Under the pieces are notes generated by a model that worked only from the letters and a program-made list of their open reading frames with translations, did not search any database and had not been told where the DNA came from. DNA of 64,000 nt, taken from assembly GCA_963706595.1 (NCBI GenBank), contig OY970166.1, forward strand, positions 1,888,001-1,952,000, in the 5' to 3' direction. The position numbers and the translations under genes are program-made. The first letter of the stretch is position 1, and each line of letters starts with the position of its first letter. The DNA is from an uncultured cyanobacterium. Its GTDB lineage: Bacteria; Cyanobacteriota; Cyanobacteriia; Cyanobacteriales; Nostocaceae. Shown one piece after another: positions 30,443-40,675 of the stretch.

Positions 30443-31021
30443 TTATGCTTTAACTGCGGATACTTGTTTGCGTTTGCGAAGTGAAGTGACACCAAAAGCA
30501 CCCAAGCCCAAGATACCCATGAGAGTAGTGGGTTCGGGAACAGAAGCTACTGAAGCTGATGTAAAAGTAAGAGTGGAACTATCTAAATCTCGAACTCCAC
30601 TAGCTCCCAAATTAGCTGCATTCAAAGCATCAAGGAAACTACTACCTCCTACAAAGCTGCTGTTTAGTGATAAAGCCGTACCGCCATTAATCAAACCAAA
30701 AAATGCAGTACCAGCTAGATTAATTTGCCCACCAACTACGGAAAATACGTTTTCAAGACTACCTGATGATAAATCGTTTATTGGTGCAGTCAACCCTAGA
30801 CCACCAGGAAGAGAGGTTATGATCACACTGGTGGCAGCAAATGTTCCATCACCATCTGCTAATTCAATAGTTCCTTCGACATTACCATTAACTGCGCCAT
30901 TCTCATTGGAAAAACTAAAATTAAAAATAGCCGCTTGTGCTGTTCCTGCAAAACCCAGAGCGATTACTGCTGCTCCGGCGGTAGCCATTGATAACTTTTT
31001 CAATACATTTACGGTAGTCAT
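30443..31021 (-). CDS. PEP-CTERM surface protein
   Basis: Signal peptide ending AQA; C-terminal VPEPTT-transmembrane-RKRK. Confidence 0.9.
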   Translation of the reverse strand: MTTVNVLKKLSMATAGAAVIALGFAGTAQAAIFNFSFSNENGAVNGNVEGTIELADGDGTFAATSVIITSLPGGLGLTAPINDLSSGSLENVFSVVGGQINLAGTAFFGLINGGTALSLNSSFVGGSSFLDALNAANLGASGVRDLDSSTLTFTSASVASVPEPTTLMGILGLGAFGVTSLRKRKQVSAVKA

Positions 31022-31282
31022 AAGTATTTTTTCCTGAAAAACGAGTTTTTTTGTTGCTTTCGATACGACTGATCATAATACGGCTGTTTAACGCCTGTAA
31101 AGCGGTTTTTAGCAACTTTACAGAAACTTTACTGTGATCAAAAGCTACTATTTTCGGGGGGGTAGCGTTAAATATTTATATTGTCAGGTTTTCAAATGGA
31201 TAAAGTAGTGTATTTAACTGATACCAATATATAAAGTTATTATGCTGCACTTCAGTATACTGATAAAAGTCATGTAATAAAT

Positions 31283-32680
31283 TCACCCAAAACAAGTCCC
31301 TGATTCACCAGAAATTACACCTTTTGACTCTAATACAGCTGCAACTCGTAAAATTAAAGCTTCATTGTAGGGTGCGGCGATGATTTGCACACCCAAAGGT
31401 AAACTATCAGGAAGCTGAACTGGGACTGATAAGACGGGTAAGCCAATGAAGGATAATGGTTGTGTGAATAATCCCAAATGAGGACGCACTAGAATTTCTT
31501 CACCATCTAAAATCATGGTTTTTTGACCAATTAGCGGTGCAGAAATCGGTGTAGTGGGGGCGAGAATTATATCTACATTTTGCCAGATTTCCCGCAGGCG
31601 ATCGCGATACCAACTTCTAAACCTTTGTGCTTGTATGTACCAAGCACTCGGTATTAATGCCCCAGCCAAAAAGCGATCGCGTGTAGCGGGATCAAAATCT
31701 TGGGGACGGGACTTTAATTGCTCTAAATGCAGATTTGCCCCTTCACTAGCGGTAATTACAAAGGCGGCTGCACGGGCGCGGTGGGCTTCGGGTATATTTA
31801 CATAGTCAGTTACATTTAAAGCTTGGGCTACTTTTTGGACTGCGGCTAAGGCTTCTGGTGACGCACCTTGAGTAAAATAATCAGATGCGATCGCTATTCT
31901 AATTTGAGAAATATCTTGATATAATTGTGGTACAGATAATTCGGGAGAGCGTTTTGTACAAACCGGGTCACGCTCATCTTCACCTTGCAGCAGATCAAAA
32001 GCGATCGCAATATCCTCTACCGAACGGGCAAAAGTGCCAACATGGTCAAGACTGCTAGAAAATAAAGCCACCCCAGCCCTAGACAAGCGCCCATAAGTCG
32101 GTTTAAAGCCCAACACGCCACATAAAGCCGCCGGAACCCGAATTGAACCATTCGTATCAGAACCCAGCGTCAGGGGGACTAAACCCGCCGCTACAGCCGC
32201 AGCCGAACCACCAGAGGAACCACCAGCTATGCGTTGTAAATCGTGGGGGTTGTGAGTAGCACCATAATGGAAATTTTCTGTAACAAAGCCATAGGCGTAC
32301 TCATCCATATTTAAAGCCCCAACCAGCACCGCACCTGCTTGTTTTAACTTGGTGACTGCGGTTGCATCTTCGCTAGCTGGGGGATTTTCGGCATTGATTT
32401 TCGACCCGGCTAAAGTTGTTAAACCAGCGATATCATAGAGATTTTTCACCGCAAAAGGCACACCAGCCAACATACCGGGATTTTTACCTTGGGTAATTTC
32501 CCGGTCAATTTTGGCTGCATCTATCAAAGCAGTTTCCGCAGTTATCGCCGTAAAACAATTGAGTTGAGGATTCTGCGCCGCAATTTTTGCTAAAGCCGCC
32601 TGGGTAACTTCCACCGCGCTAACTGCGCCTGTACGCACAGCCGCAGCAATTGACACAGCGTTAGTTAAATCAATATTCAT
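31283..32680 (-). CDS. AtzE-family amidase (amidase signature)
   Basis: GVPFAVKNL, GGSSGGSAAAVAAG, GSDTNGSIRVPAALCG. Confidence 0.9.
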   Translation of the reverse strand: MNIDLTNAVSIAAAVRTGAVSAVEVTQAALAKIAAQNPQLNCFTAITAETALIDAAKIDREITQGKNPGMLAGVPFAVKNLYDIAGLTTLAGSKINAENPPASEDATAVTKLKQAGAVLVGALNMDEYAYGFVTENFHYGATHNPHDLQRIAGGSSGGSAAAVAAGLVPLTLGSDTNGSIRVPAALCGVLGFKPTYGRLSRAGVALFSSSLDHVGTFARSVEDIAIAFDLLQGEDERDPVCTKRSPELSVPQLYQDISQIRIAIASDYFTQGASPEALAAVQKVAQALNVTDYVNIPEAHRARAAAFVITASEGANLHLEQLKSRPQDFDPATRDRFLAGALIPSAWYIQAQRFRSWYRDRLREIWQNVDIILAPTTPISAPLIGQKTMILDGEEILVRPHLGLFTQPLSFIGLPVLSVPVQLPDSLPLGVQIIAAPYNEALILRVAAVLESKGVISGESGTCFG

Positions 32681-32724
32681 GTTTATTTAGAAATATCGCC
32701 ATAGAAATCACCCAATCTGAATAT

Positions 32725-33585
32725 TTAAGAATATATTCCTTGAGCAAAATCTTGTTTAAATTCCTCCAGCTTTTCGTTCATTTGTTGAGTTAGATTTTCT
32801 ACACGTGTATCACTACTTAAAGTCGGCTTTACACTCTTGGTCATTTGAAGTAATTCTGTTTTAGAGTTTTGTTTTCTTAACCAATTGCGGGTTAAACGAA
32901 CTGGATATAAGATATCTCTTTTTTGCGGAGGTTCATATAAGCGTTTTAGATATGATGGTTGATATTTGACATCTATAGATTGACACCAATCTTGCCACTT
33001 AAATTGCAGAATCGTAGGGTTAGTAATGATTGGAACCCAGGGTACACGCAGTGCATCAGCAATAATCGCACCATGCATAGCCTCTGCAAGTAAAACTTCT
33101 GTTTCGCTAATACATGATAAAACTTTTTCTATTGACCAGCGTGGATCAATATATCCAAATCCCAGACTTTCGCAGACTAAACTCCAATTTTCTCCAGCTA
33201 GCTCATAATGAGGCATATAAGAAAATTTGTATACTTTCTTATGGTGATAATTATCAAATAAGTTTCTAATTAGTACAGCGCCATCTGTGACTGCTAATTT
33301 CTCTGAAACACCTAAAGCTTGGGCTGATAGCGGACCACGAAGACAATAAATTTTATAGGAATCATCTAGTTGTGGCAATGCTTTGCCATAACCTACGCCT
33401 GTCCCAAATATCACTCTCACGCGAGAATTTTTTGTTTTAATCGGTAATCCATCATTAATCAGAGTACCTATGGCAACAAAGCTAGTTGTTGCGTCATTAT
33501 CTATTACACCTGGGATTAACTTTTCCCATAGCCAAGGATTAAGTTTATCACCAAAATTATTTTCTCGGTAGTAAAAAAGCTTCAT
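32725..33585 (-). CDS. Polysaccharide pyruvyl transferase (ExoV-like)
   Basis: NFGDKLN, LRGPLS, DGAVL, MPHY, AEAMHGAIIADALRVPW, FKWQDW. Confidence 0.85.
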   Translation of the reverse strand: MKLFYYRENNFGDKLNPWLWEKLIPGVIDNDATTSFVAIGTLINDGLPIKTKNSRVRVIFGTGVGYGKALPQLDDSYKIYCLRGPLSAQALGVSEKLAVTDGAVLIRNLFDNYHHKKVYKFSYMPHYELAGENWSLVCESLGFGYIDPRWSIEKVLSCISETEVLLAEAMHGAIIADALRVPWVPIITNPTILQFKWQDWCQSIDVKYQPSYLKRLYEPPQKRDILYPVRLTRNWLRKQNSKTELLQMTKSVKPTLSSDTRVENLTQQMNEKLEEFKQDFAQGIYS

Positions 33586-33628
33586 ATTTTTTGCAATTAC
33601 GTTAACACCAAAATTTTCATCTCAGATT

Positions 33629-34465
33629 CTAAAAGCCCAAATCCTGCTTGACAAAAGTTCTTAATCTGAATAATCGATAAAGAAACACCGATTTTGCTAT
33701 CAATTTATCAATTACCTTTCTCCAGATGGGAAGTTCTGGATATTCAATTTTTTTGTGGATGTCGAAGTAAATCTGCTTTTCCTTCAGGTTTGATTGCCCT
33801 TTTTTGATTCTCACTTTTTCGATGTTGTCTTTGAAAAATGGGAATCTGTCTTCAGAGTCAAATCTGACGTTCAACCCTGATAAACTAGCTGCTAATCCCA
33901 TGACGTTACCTTCTGCACCATAAATTCCTTGCATCTCAAAAAAATAAGAAATTGTCTGCCAAAGCTTTAAAAACTCAGCCTCGGCTCCATCTTGTTTCTT
34001 CACAACAAACATAAATTCATGAAACCATAGTGTTTGCTGAAGGTTTATATTGAGTTTCGTTGCTACTTGATTAATGACTGGAAGCGCTTTTCTTTCACTA
34101 CTGCTTGCGTTGTGTTGAAGAATATTGCAGCCAGTTCTGGCGGTGATTCCAGGTAGCCACTTCATTTTTTCTGGTACAGCACCCAGGATTCGCATATCAG
34201 AATCTAAATATACACAGGTGTCAAACAATGTCAGGGCTTTTTCAAGTACACAACGCTTATCATGATATCCTTGGACGCTTTGCAATCGATGTTTGACAGC
34301 AATAACGTGAGCATATTCCTCAAAATCAGTAGGCTGATCTGTCAGAACTATAAAGGAAGTTGCAGGTGAATGTTGCTGAATATCACTCGCTAGCATCCGT
34401 GCATGGGTACGATAGCGATTTCCTACTGCTAAAGTGCAGAAGCAAAATTTCTCCGATATATTCAT
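33629..34465 (-). CDS. Hypothetical protein, glycosyltransferase-like
   Basis: FIVLTD, YHDKR, VYLDSD (DxD). Confidence 0.55.
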   Translation of the reverse strand: MNISEKFCFCTLAVGNRYRTHARMLASDIQQHSPATSFIVLTDQPTDFEEYAHVIAVKHRLQSVQGYHDKRCVLEKALTLFDTCVYLDSDMRILGAVPEKMKWLPGITARTGCNILQHNASSSERKALPVINQVATKLNINLQQTLWFHEFMFVVKKQDGAEAEFLKLWQTISYFFEMQGIYGAEGNVMGLAASLSGLNVRFDSEDRFPFFKDNIEKVRIKKGQSNLKEKQIYFDIHKKIEYPELPIWRKVIDKLIAKSVFLYRLFRLRTFVKQDLGF

Positions 34466-34526
34466 CTTAAAGGCTATCAACTATATGGCGTTTTCTAGTC
34501 TGCTGATGTCAGGATTTATCTGTATG

Positions 34527-34739
34527 TATAGGAATCCGGTTTGATTTATGAAAAAATTAAGTATTGTAGTGGCGTGGCCAGATGGAAATGATCCATTAGT
34601 AAAATTCCCTATGATCGGCATTTATCGGCTTTCATAGGCAGTTTTTTACCTCTAAAATCAGGCTATATTATCAGTCCACTACGTGTCTGCAAGCGCAAAG
34701 CGCAGGCTACGCCAACAAAAATCAGAGAGTAGTCCTATA
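34527..34739. mobile_element. TATAG-ended MITE-like element with a nested insert
   Basis: TATAGGAATCCGGTTTGATT left end and AGTCCTATA right end. Confidence 0.55.
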
Positions 34740-34843
34740 TCTGTTGTGGAACAATTCTTGTAGTACCTTATTCAACTGGAAATCCCTATATCAGCATTGA
34801 TCTGGATAGTTTTTTCTGTTTAATAAGAATATGCTAATTGGAC

Positions 34844-35032
34844 TTATGGCTCAAATACTTGTGCAGCTTCAATTTTTTCCGGTAAGGGAAACTCATTAAT
34901 AACTTGTGCGATCGCTTGAATTTTTTCAAAATTTGCCAACACACCATTTCGATATTCATCTGTTAGCTGTAAATTCAACAATAAAGACATTTGATCAACA
35001 TAGGTATCCACATCAAACTTTTGATTTTTCAT
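34844..35032 (-). CDS. DUF4089 / AtzG-like small amidase partner
   Basis: YVDQM..L.L..EYRNGVLANF..EFPLPE.IEAA.VFEP. Confidence 0.75.
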   Translation of the reverse strand: MKNQKFDVDTYVDQMSLLLNLQLTDEYRNGVLANFEKIQAIAQVINEFPLPEKIEAAQVFEP

Positions 35033-35308
35033 GTTTACTATTCTGCGTTTTCTGCTTTTTTTTGAAGTAAACCACCCGTTAAGCAATTCTTGAGATTATT
35101 GCATCAGCTAAAAAACTTGCTTAATTCATAAGAAGGCAAGTTTCCATAATTTTAATCTCTGATGGCGAAAAAAAGCTGCTATTTTGCGTAAGTTTACGCA
35201 ACTTTTATGCAAACTTCATATTAGCTTCAATATATATTCTGTTTATTTCAATGCTAGCTAAGTAGGATTACGGTTATTTTATCTCTGACCGTAAACTTTA
35301 GCGGTTAG

Positions 35309-36832
35309 TTAAATCCTCATCAAAGCCCCAGGGCCAAGAGGTAAACCCAAAACAAACCAGATAATTAACAGCATAGACCACCCCAACAAAAAGGCGATCG
35401 CATAAGGTAACATCATCGCTATCAACGTCCCCATGCCTAAATTCTTATCATATTTCTGCCCAAAAGCCACCACCAAAGGAAAATAAGGCATCAACGGCGT
35501 AATAATATTAGTTGTAGAATCCCCAATGCGGTATGCAGCTTGGGTTAACTCTGGAGAATAACCCATTAACATAAACATTGGCACAAACACAGGAGCCATA
35601 ATAGCCCACTTTGCCGAAGCCGAACCCACAAATAAATTCAGCAGCATACTAACTAAAATAAATAATATTAATAATGGTGCGCCTGTAATCCCTGTAGACT
35701 TGAGAAACTCCGCCCCATTAATCGACATAATCGCGCCCAAATTACTCCAGCTAAAATAGGCAATAAATTGAGCCGCAATAAATGCTAAAACGATATAATA
35801 TCCCATAGCACTCATCGAATTGCTCAAAGCCTTAGCCACATCTTTGTCATTTTGAATAGTTCCGGCAACCTTACCATAAAAAATTCCCGGAATCAAAAAA
35901 GCTAAGGCAATGATAAACACAATGCTATCCAAAAAAGGTGACGGAATGATAGTAAAGTTTTCTGGATGTCGTAAAATTCCTTGTGGTGGTAAAACCATGA
36001 TTAGCAAAAAGCCGATAAATGCTAATAAAGCATAACCAGCCCATCGTAAACCTTTATTTTCAGATGCGCTGAGTTGTTCCATCTGAAAATCTACTTCTCC
36101 GACATAATTACCCAATCTTGGTTCAACAATTTTTTCAGTGACAAACCAGCCAATTGCAGTAATTAAAAAGGTCGAAACTGCCATAAAATAATAATTGGCA
36201 GTGGCATTTACTTGATAACTAGGATTGATTAATTCCACTGCACTTTGGGTTAATCCAGCCAGCAACGGGTCAAGGGAACTAATCAGTAAATTTGCACTAA
36301 AACCACCCGAAACGCCAGCAAACGCCGCAGCTAGACCAGCTAAAGGATGTCGTCGAAAAGCTAAAAAGATAATTGCGCCCAAAGGTACAAGTACCACATA
36401 ACCCGCATCAGCAGCGAGGTTAGCCATGATTCCCGCAAATACTACTACGGGACAGATAAATTTACTGGGGGCAATTAATACTATTTTGCGTAATACTGCT
36501 GACAGTAAACCACTGTATTCGGCAACTCCTACGCCTAACATAGCCACCAGCACAGCACCCAAAGGGGGAAAATCGGTAAAGTTTTTGACAGCAGAGGTGA
36601 AAATACGGCGGATACCTTCAGGGGTGAGTAAGGATACCGCAACGATAGTTTCACCGTTTCCGGGGTGGACGACAGAGAGGTTGAGAGCTTGCGCGATCGC
36701 ACTAACAACAATTACCATTAAAGATAATAGGAAAAATATTGTCAGTGGGTCAGGGAGTTTATTCCCCACAAATTCAATGAAAGTTAAAGCATTTCCCAAC
36801 CAAGCAAATTTTTGACTCTTTTGAGGATTCAT
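35309..36832 (-). CDS. AbgT family transporter
   Basis: IEFVGNKLPDP, AFAGVSGGFSAN, GSASAKW, YRIGDSTTNIITPLMPYF. Confidence 0.92.
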   Translation of the reverse strand: MNPQKSQKFAWLGNALTFIEFVGNKLPDPLTIFFLLSLMVIVVSAIAQALNLSVVHPGNGETIVAVSLLTPEGIRRIFTSAVKNFTDFPPLGAVLVAMLGVGVAEYSGLLSAVLRKIVLIAPSKFICPVVVFAGIMANLAADAGYVVLVPLGAIIFLAFRRHPLAGLAAAFAGVSGGFSANLLISSLDPLLAGLTQSAVELINPSYQVNATANYYFMAVSTFLITAIGWFVTEKIVEPRLGNYVGEVDFQMEQLSASENKGLRWAGYALLAFIGFLLIMVLPPQGILRHPENFTIIPSPFLDSIVFIIALAFLIPGIFYGKVAGTIQNDKDVAKALSNSMSAMGYYIVLAFIAAQFIAYFSWSNLGAIMSINGAEFLKSTGITGAPLLILFILVSMLLNLFVGSASAKWAIMAPVFVPMFMLMGYSPELTQAAYRIGDSTTNIITPLMPYFPLVVAFGQKYDKNLGMGTLIAMMLPYAIAFLLGWSMLLIIWFVLGLPLGPGALMRI

Positions 36833-36912
36833 TAGACATTGACCGAATTTAAATATGAGTTTCCTTCTTCACTTGGCGAACTTGGCGACTTGGCGGTTCG
36901 ATAATAGGATTC

Positions 36913-38779
36913 CTACAGTGACCGTAATTGTCTAGCGCGTACCCGTTCAGCACTACCAGTAGGAATGGAAGCAATTAATCTTTGGGTATATTCTTCCTTG
37001 GGTTCTAGATAAATACTCTCAGCTGTTCCTTGTTCGACAATTTGACCACGATTCATAACTAAGATGCGATCGCTCATAAATTTGACTACACTTAAATCAT
37101 GAGAAATAAAAATATAAGTCAGTTGAAATTCCTCTTGCAATTCCTTCAGCAGATTTAACACCTGCGCCTGTACAGACACATCCAAAGCCGAAACCGACTC
37201 ATCGCAGATAATAAACTTAGGATTTAAAGCCAAAGTCCGCGCAATACAAACCCGTTGGCGTTGACCACCAGAAAACTGATGCGGATAGCGGTGTATTGCA
37301 TCTGCATCCAAACCTACTCTTTCTAAAAGTTCAACTACACGTTCTCGACGTTTTCCCTTTGTTTTCCCCACAGAGTGAATTAACAACGGTTCCATAACTG
37401 CATCCCCAATTTTCATCCGGGGGTCGAGAGAACTAAAAGGATTTTGGAAAACAATTTGCATTTCTCGCCGCAATTTCTGCAACGCTTCACCTTTGAGAGT
37501 AGTGATATTTTGACCCTCGAAAATAATCTCCCCACCCATCGGTTCAATTAAGCGCAGCAAACTTCTACCCAAAGTAGTTTTACCACAACCAGATTCTCCC
37601 ACCAAACCCAATGTTTCCCCTGGTTTGACATCAAAAGAAACATGATTAACCGCCATGTTATAGCGTTTTGTTCGACCAAATACGCCCCTGATCGGAAAAC
37701 CCACCTGGAGGTCACGAATTTCTAATAAAGGTGATTTATTGTTGAGGTTTGTCCCATCTTTGAGACATTTCCTCAAGGCTGATTTCTGGGGGATGTGGGG
37801 GTTCTTGCGCCTGAATTATTTCTTTACCATTTGGCGTTTCTTCCACAGTCATATAGTCAGAAACGGTCAGCAATTTATGAGGACGGCGGTTGAGTGTGGG
37901 GCGACAAGCTACCAAACCCTTAGTATATGGATGTTGAGGACTGTGAAAAATTTGTTCTGCTGTACCGTATTCGACAATTTGACCTTTGTACATTACCGCT
38001 ACTTGGTCAGCAATTTCCGAAATTAGTCCCAAATCGTGGGTAACAAAAATCATCGCCATATCACGACTTTGCTGCAATTCTGCCAACAAGTCTAGAATAG
38101 TTGCTTGGACAGTCACATCTAAAGCCGTAGTTGGTTCATCAGCAATTAACAGCAAAGGATTACAAGAAATAGCCATTGCAATCATCACCCGTTGTAGCTG
38201 ACCTCCAGAAAGTTGATGCGGGTAACGTTCGAGGATAGCTTCTTTGTGTTGCTTGACTAATTTAGCCAACTTTAATCCATCTGGATGTTGTGAAGTTTCC
38301 AGACACTGCTGTTGTATGATATCATCACTAGGTAAAAGTTTGACTTCTTGTAAGAGTGCGATCGCAATGCGTTTGGCTTCAGTTTCCGAAACATTCTGAT
38401 GCTGCATAATGGCTTCAGTTAACTGAAACCCAATCGTAAAAACCGGATTTAGCGAACTCATTGGTTCTTGAAAAATCATGGCGATATCACCGCCTCGGTG
38501 TAGCTGCATTTGTGCAGTCGGTAATTCTACCAAATTAATCGGTTTAGCATCAGGCTGAGAACGAAACCAAACCTCACCCCCGCTAATCTTACCGGGACTT
38601 TGCAGCAAACCCATTACAGCCAACGATGTCACCGACTTACCACTACCTGATTCCCCCACAATACCTAGAGTTTGACCGCGATTAATCTCAAAGGATATAT
38701 CATCCACAGCTTTGACACAGCTACCATCACTGGAAAATTCAACTTGTAGATTACGAACCTCTAGGACAGTTTCACTCAT
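36913..38779 (-). CDS. Dipeptide/oligopeptide ABC transporter ATP-binding protein with two ABC domains, split by a frameshift near 37755
   Basis: [16 protein letters not shown] and [16 protein letters not shown] halves in overlapping ORFs; removing one G from GGG joins them. Confidence 0.85.
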
Positions 38780-38919
38780 AGGAATCAGGTGATAAATATT
38801 TAGGGAAAATTACTTGAATTTTAGCAATAGTTTGGATGTGCGATCGCCTTTTGTGGGAATTGAGCGATCGTTAAACTCAGAATTTGTACCCAATCTTATC
38901 ATCAAAACCTTAGAAAGGC

Positions 38920-39237
38920 AGGAAACCGGCAAATCTAGTCCCCTCCCCTTTGCAAGGTCCGGGTTAGGGTGGGGTAATTCGAGGTTGTAGTAATTCGATA
39001 ACTTGTGTGTACACAATAGACAAGGGAATGGGGAAAATTCAAAGCCTCTCCCCTTGTAGGCTACTGTGTACACACATCTTGGCAATCAAGCATAGACCCT
39101 GAATTTACCCCCCTTAATCCCCCCTTGGAAAGGGGGGAAACCGGAAAATCTAGTTCCCTCCCCTTTACAAGGGGAGGGTTAGGGTGGGGTAATTCGAGGA
39201 CTGGGAATGATTCAATCACTTGTGTGTACACGGTAGC
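38920..39237. repeat. Cluster of REP-like hairpins and a TACTGTGTACACAC-ended element
   Basis: Duplicated segment 38921-38984 / 39136-39199; TIR at about 39061 and 39237. Confidence 0.55.
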
Positions 39238-39313
39238 ATTCCCTTGTAGGGAAGGGGGCTAGGGGGTTAGGTTCCGCGTTGGTTTTTCTAGATACCGTGA
39301 AAAGTGAATACGG

Positions 39314-40282
39314 TTAATTTGTTTCCAACCAGTTGAGTAAATCTGACATACTTGTGAAATCTAGTAAAGCTTCGCCAAGGGTTTCTAATTGATTTCCCGA
39401 AAGTGATTGGATGCGCTGTTGTATTTCTGGGGATAGTTCACCTACTCGTCTTTTGAGTAGTTTTAAAATAATCGCCTGTTCGCCTTCTTGCCGTCCTTCT
39501 TGTTTTCCCTCTTCTCTTCCTCGTTCGTAGCCTATGCGCTCACCTGTGGTGACATATCTCATAGTCCTCTCCTGCTCAAATTGTTTAAATTCGTCCCAGA
39601 ATTGATTCTCTAATGCTTTTGGTAAAATCATAACCCAATCGATGAATCGATAGAGGTTACGAATATCTTGCTCTTGTAAGCCTATGTCGTATAATCGGCG
39701 AATTAGGCGGAATTTCCAGATTTTGCGTTCTGCTGGTGATGAGCGCGTCTGTTGGGTTTTCAAATGCGCCATGACTACTGTCGCAAAGGGATTATTGCTA
39801 TTTTCTAACTCTTCCCAACGGTTTTCGTAATCTAAAAGTTTGACGCTACCAAATTCAAAGTCTAAGCGGGTGTTGGGATAATTGTAACTGTAGTTGCTGG
39901 GTCGCCATTCTCGGTTGGTGTCGCACAGTATCGCCAAGCTGATTGCTGGTTGGTCAAAGCGGTCAAAGATGCGAAAGTTATAAGTAAACATTCGCTTACC
40001 GAAATTATCTTCTTTTTGCGCCTGAATTTCTACATGAATTAATAACCACAGTTCTTGTCCTCCGATTTGCCAAACTTTTACTAATTGGTCAGCATATCGT
40101 TTACCTTGTTCGGCTTCACGGGCGATTTGTTGAAACTCTTTGTTGAGAAATTGGTAGGGACGTTCCCAGTCAATTAATGCTGCTGTTTCGGGGAAAAAGA
40201 ATTGCATGGCTTGGGGAAAATATGCTTCCAGAATTTCTTTCCAGGGGCTATCGAAATCGGCGCGTTCGTTAACGTTGGTCAT
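39314..40282 (-). CDS. Rpn-family PD-(D/E)XK nuclease-like protein with C-terminal DUF4351 domain
   Basis: DSPWKE, YADQLVKV, LIHVEIQ, RMFTYNFRIFD, EG repeats, LETLGEALLDF..DL.NWL. Confidence 0.85.
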   Translation of the reverse strand: MTNVNERADFDSPWKEILEAYFPQAMQFFFPETAALIDWERPYQFLNKEFQQIAREAEQGKRYADQLVKVWQIGGQELWLLIHVEIQAQKEDNFGKRMFTYNFRIFDRFDQPAISLAILCDTNREWRPSNYSYNYPNTRLDFEFGSVKLLDYENRWEELENSNNPFATVVMAHLKTQQTRSSPAERKIWKFRLIRRLYDIGLQEQDIRNLYRFIDWVMILPKALENQFWDEFKQFEQERTMRYVTTGERIGYERGREEGKQEGRQEGEQAIILKLLKRRVGELSPEIQQRIQSLSGNQLETLGEALLDFTSMSDLLNWLETN

Positions 40283-40675
40283 GAATTGATGGCGGAGGAT
40301 TTTTTATGGTTGTTGGGGCGGGTTTATTAAGTAAGTCGTTGTAAATAATTAAAGGTTTGTAGTCGGGACTTTAGTCCTGAATTAAGGGCTAAAGCCCTTA
40401 CTACGAGCTAAAAGGCAATAAAGGGAAAAATCTTCACCGGGACAGTTAAAGCTGTTTTGGGATGAGTTGAATATTGATAATGAGGAAATTCAACAAGTTG
40501 CGTCTAAGTTTGTAAAAGCGAATTGTTATAACCCTAATCCTATTTCAACGGAGGATGTACTATAAATATCTGTGCCGGATTGAGAAAACAGAGTGCCAGG
40601 TATCCGAAAGCCACGAACCCGTAAGGATTCGTGGTAAGTTACGTGTTTATAAAACTTAAAAATTATTTGTAACCT

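Noticed and set aside
40420..40564. Startless frame ending NCYNPNPISTEDVL, possibly a gene remnant
   Set aside because: Too short to assign without a search
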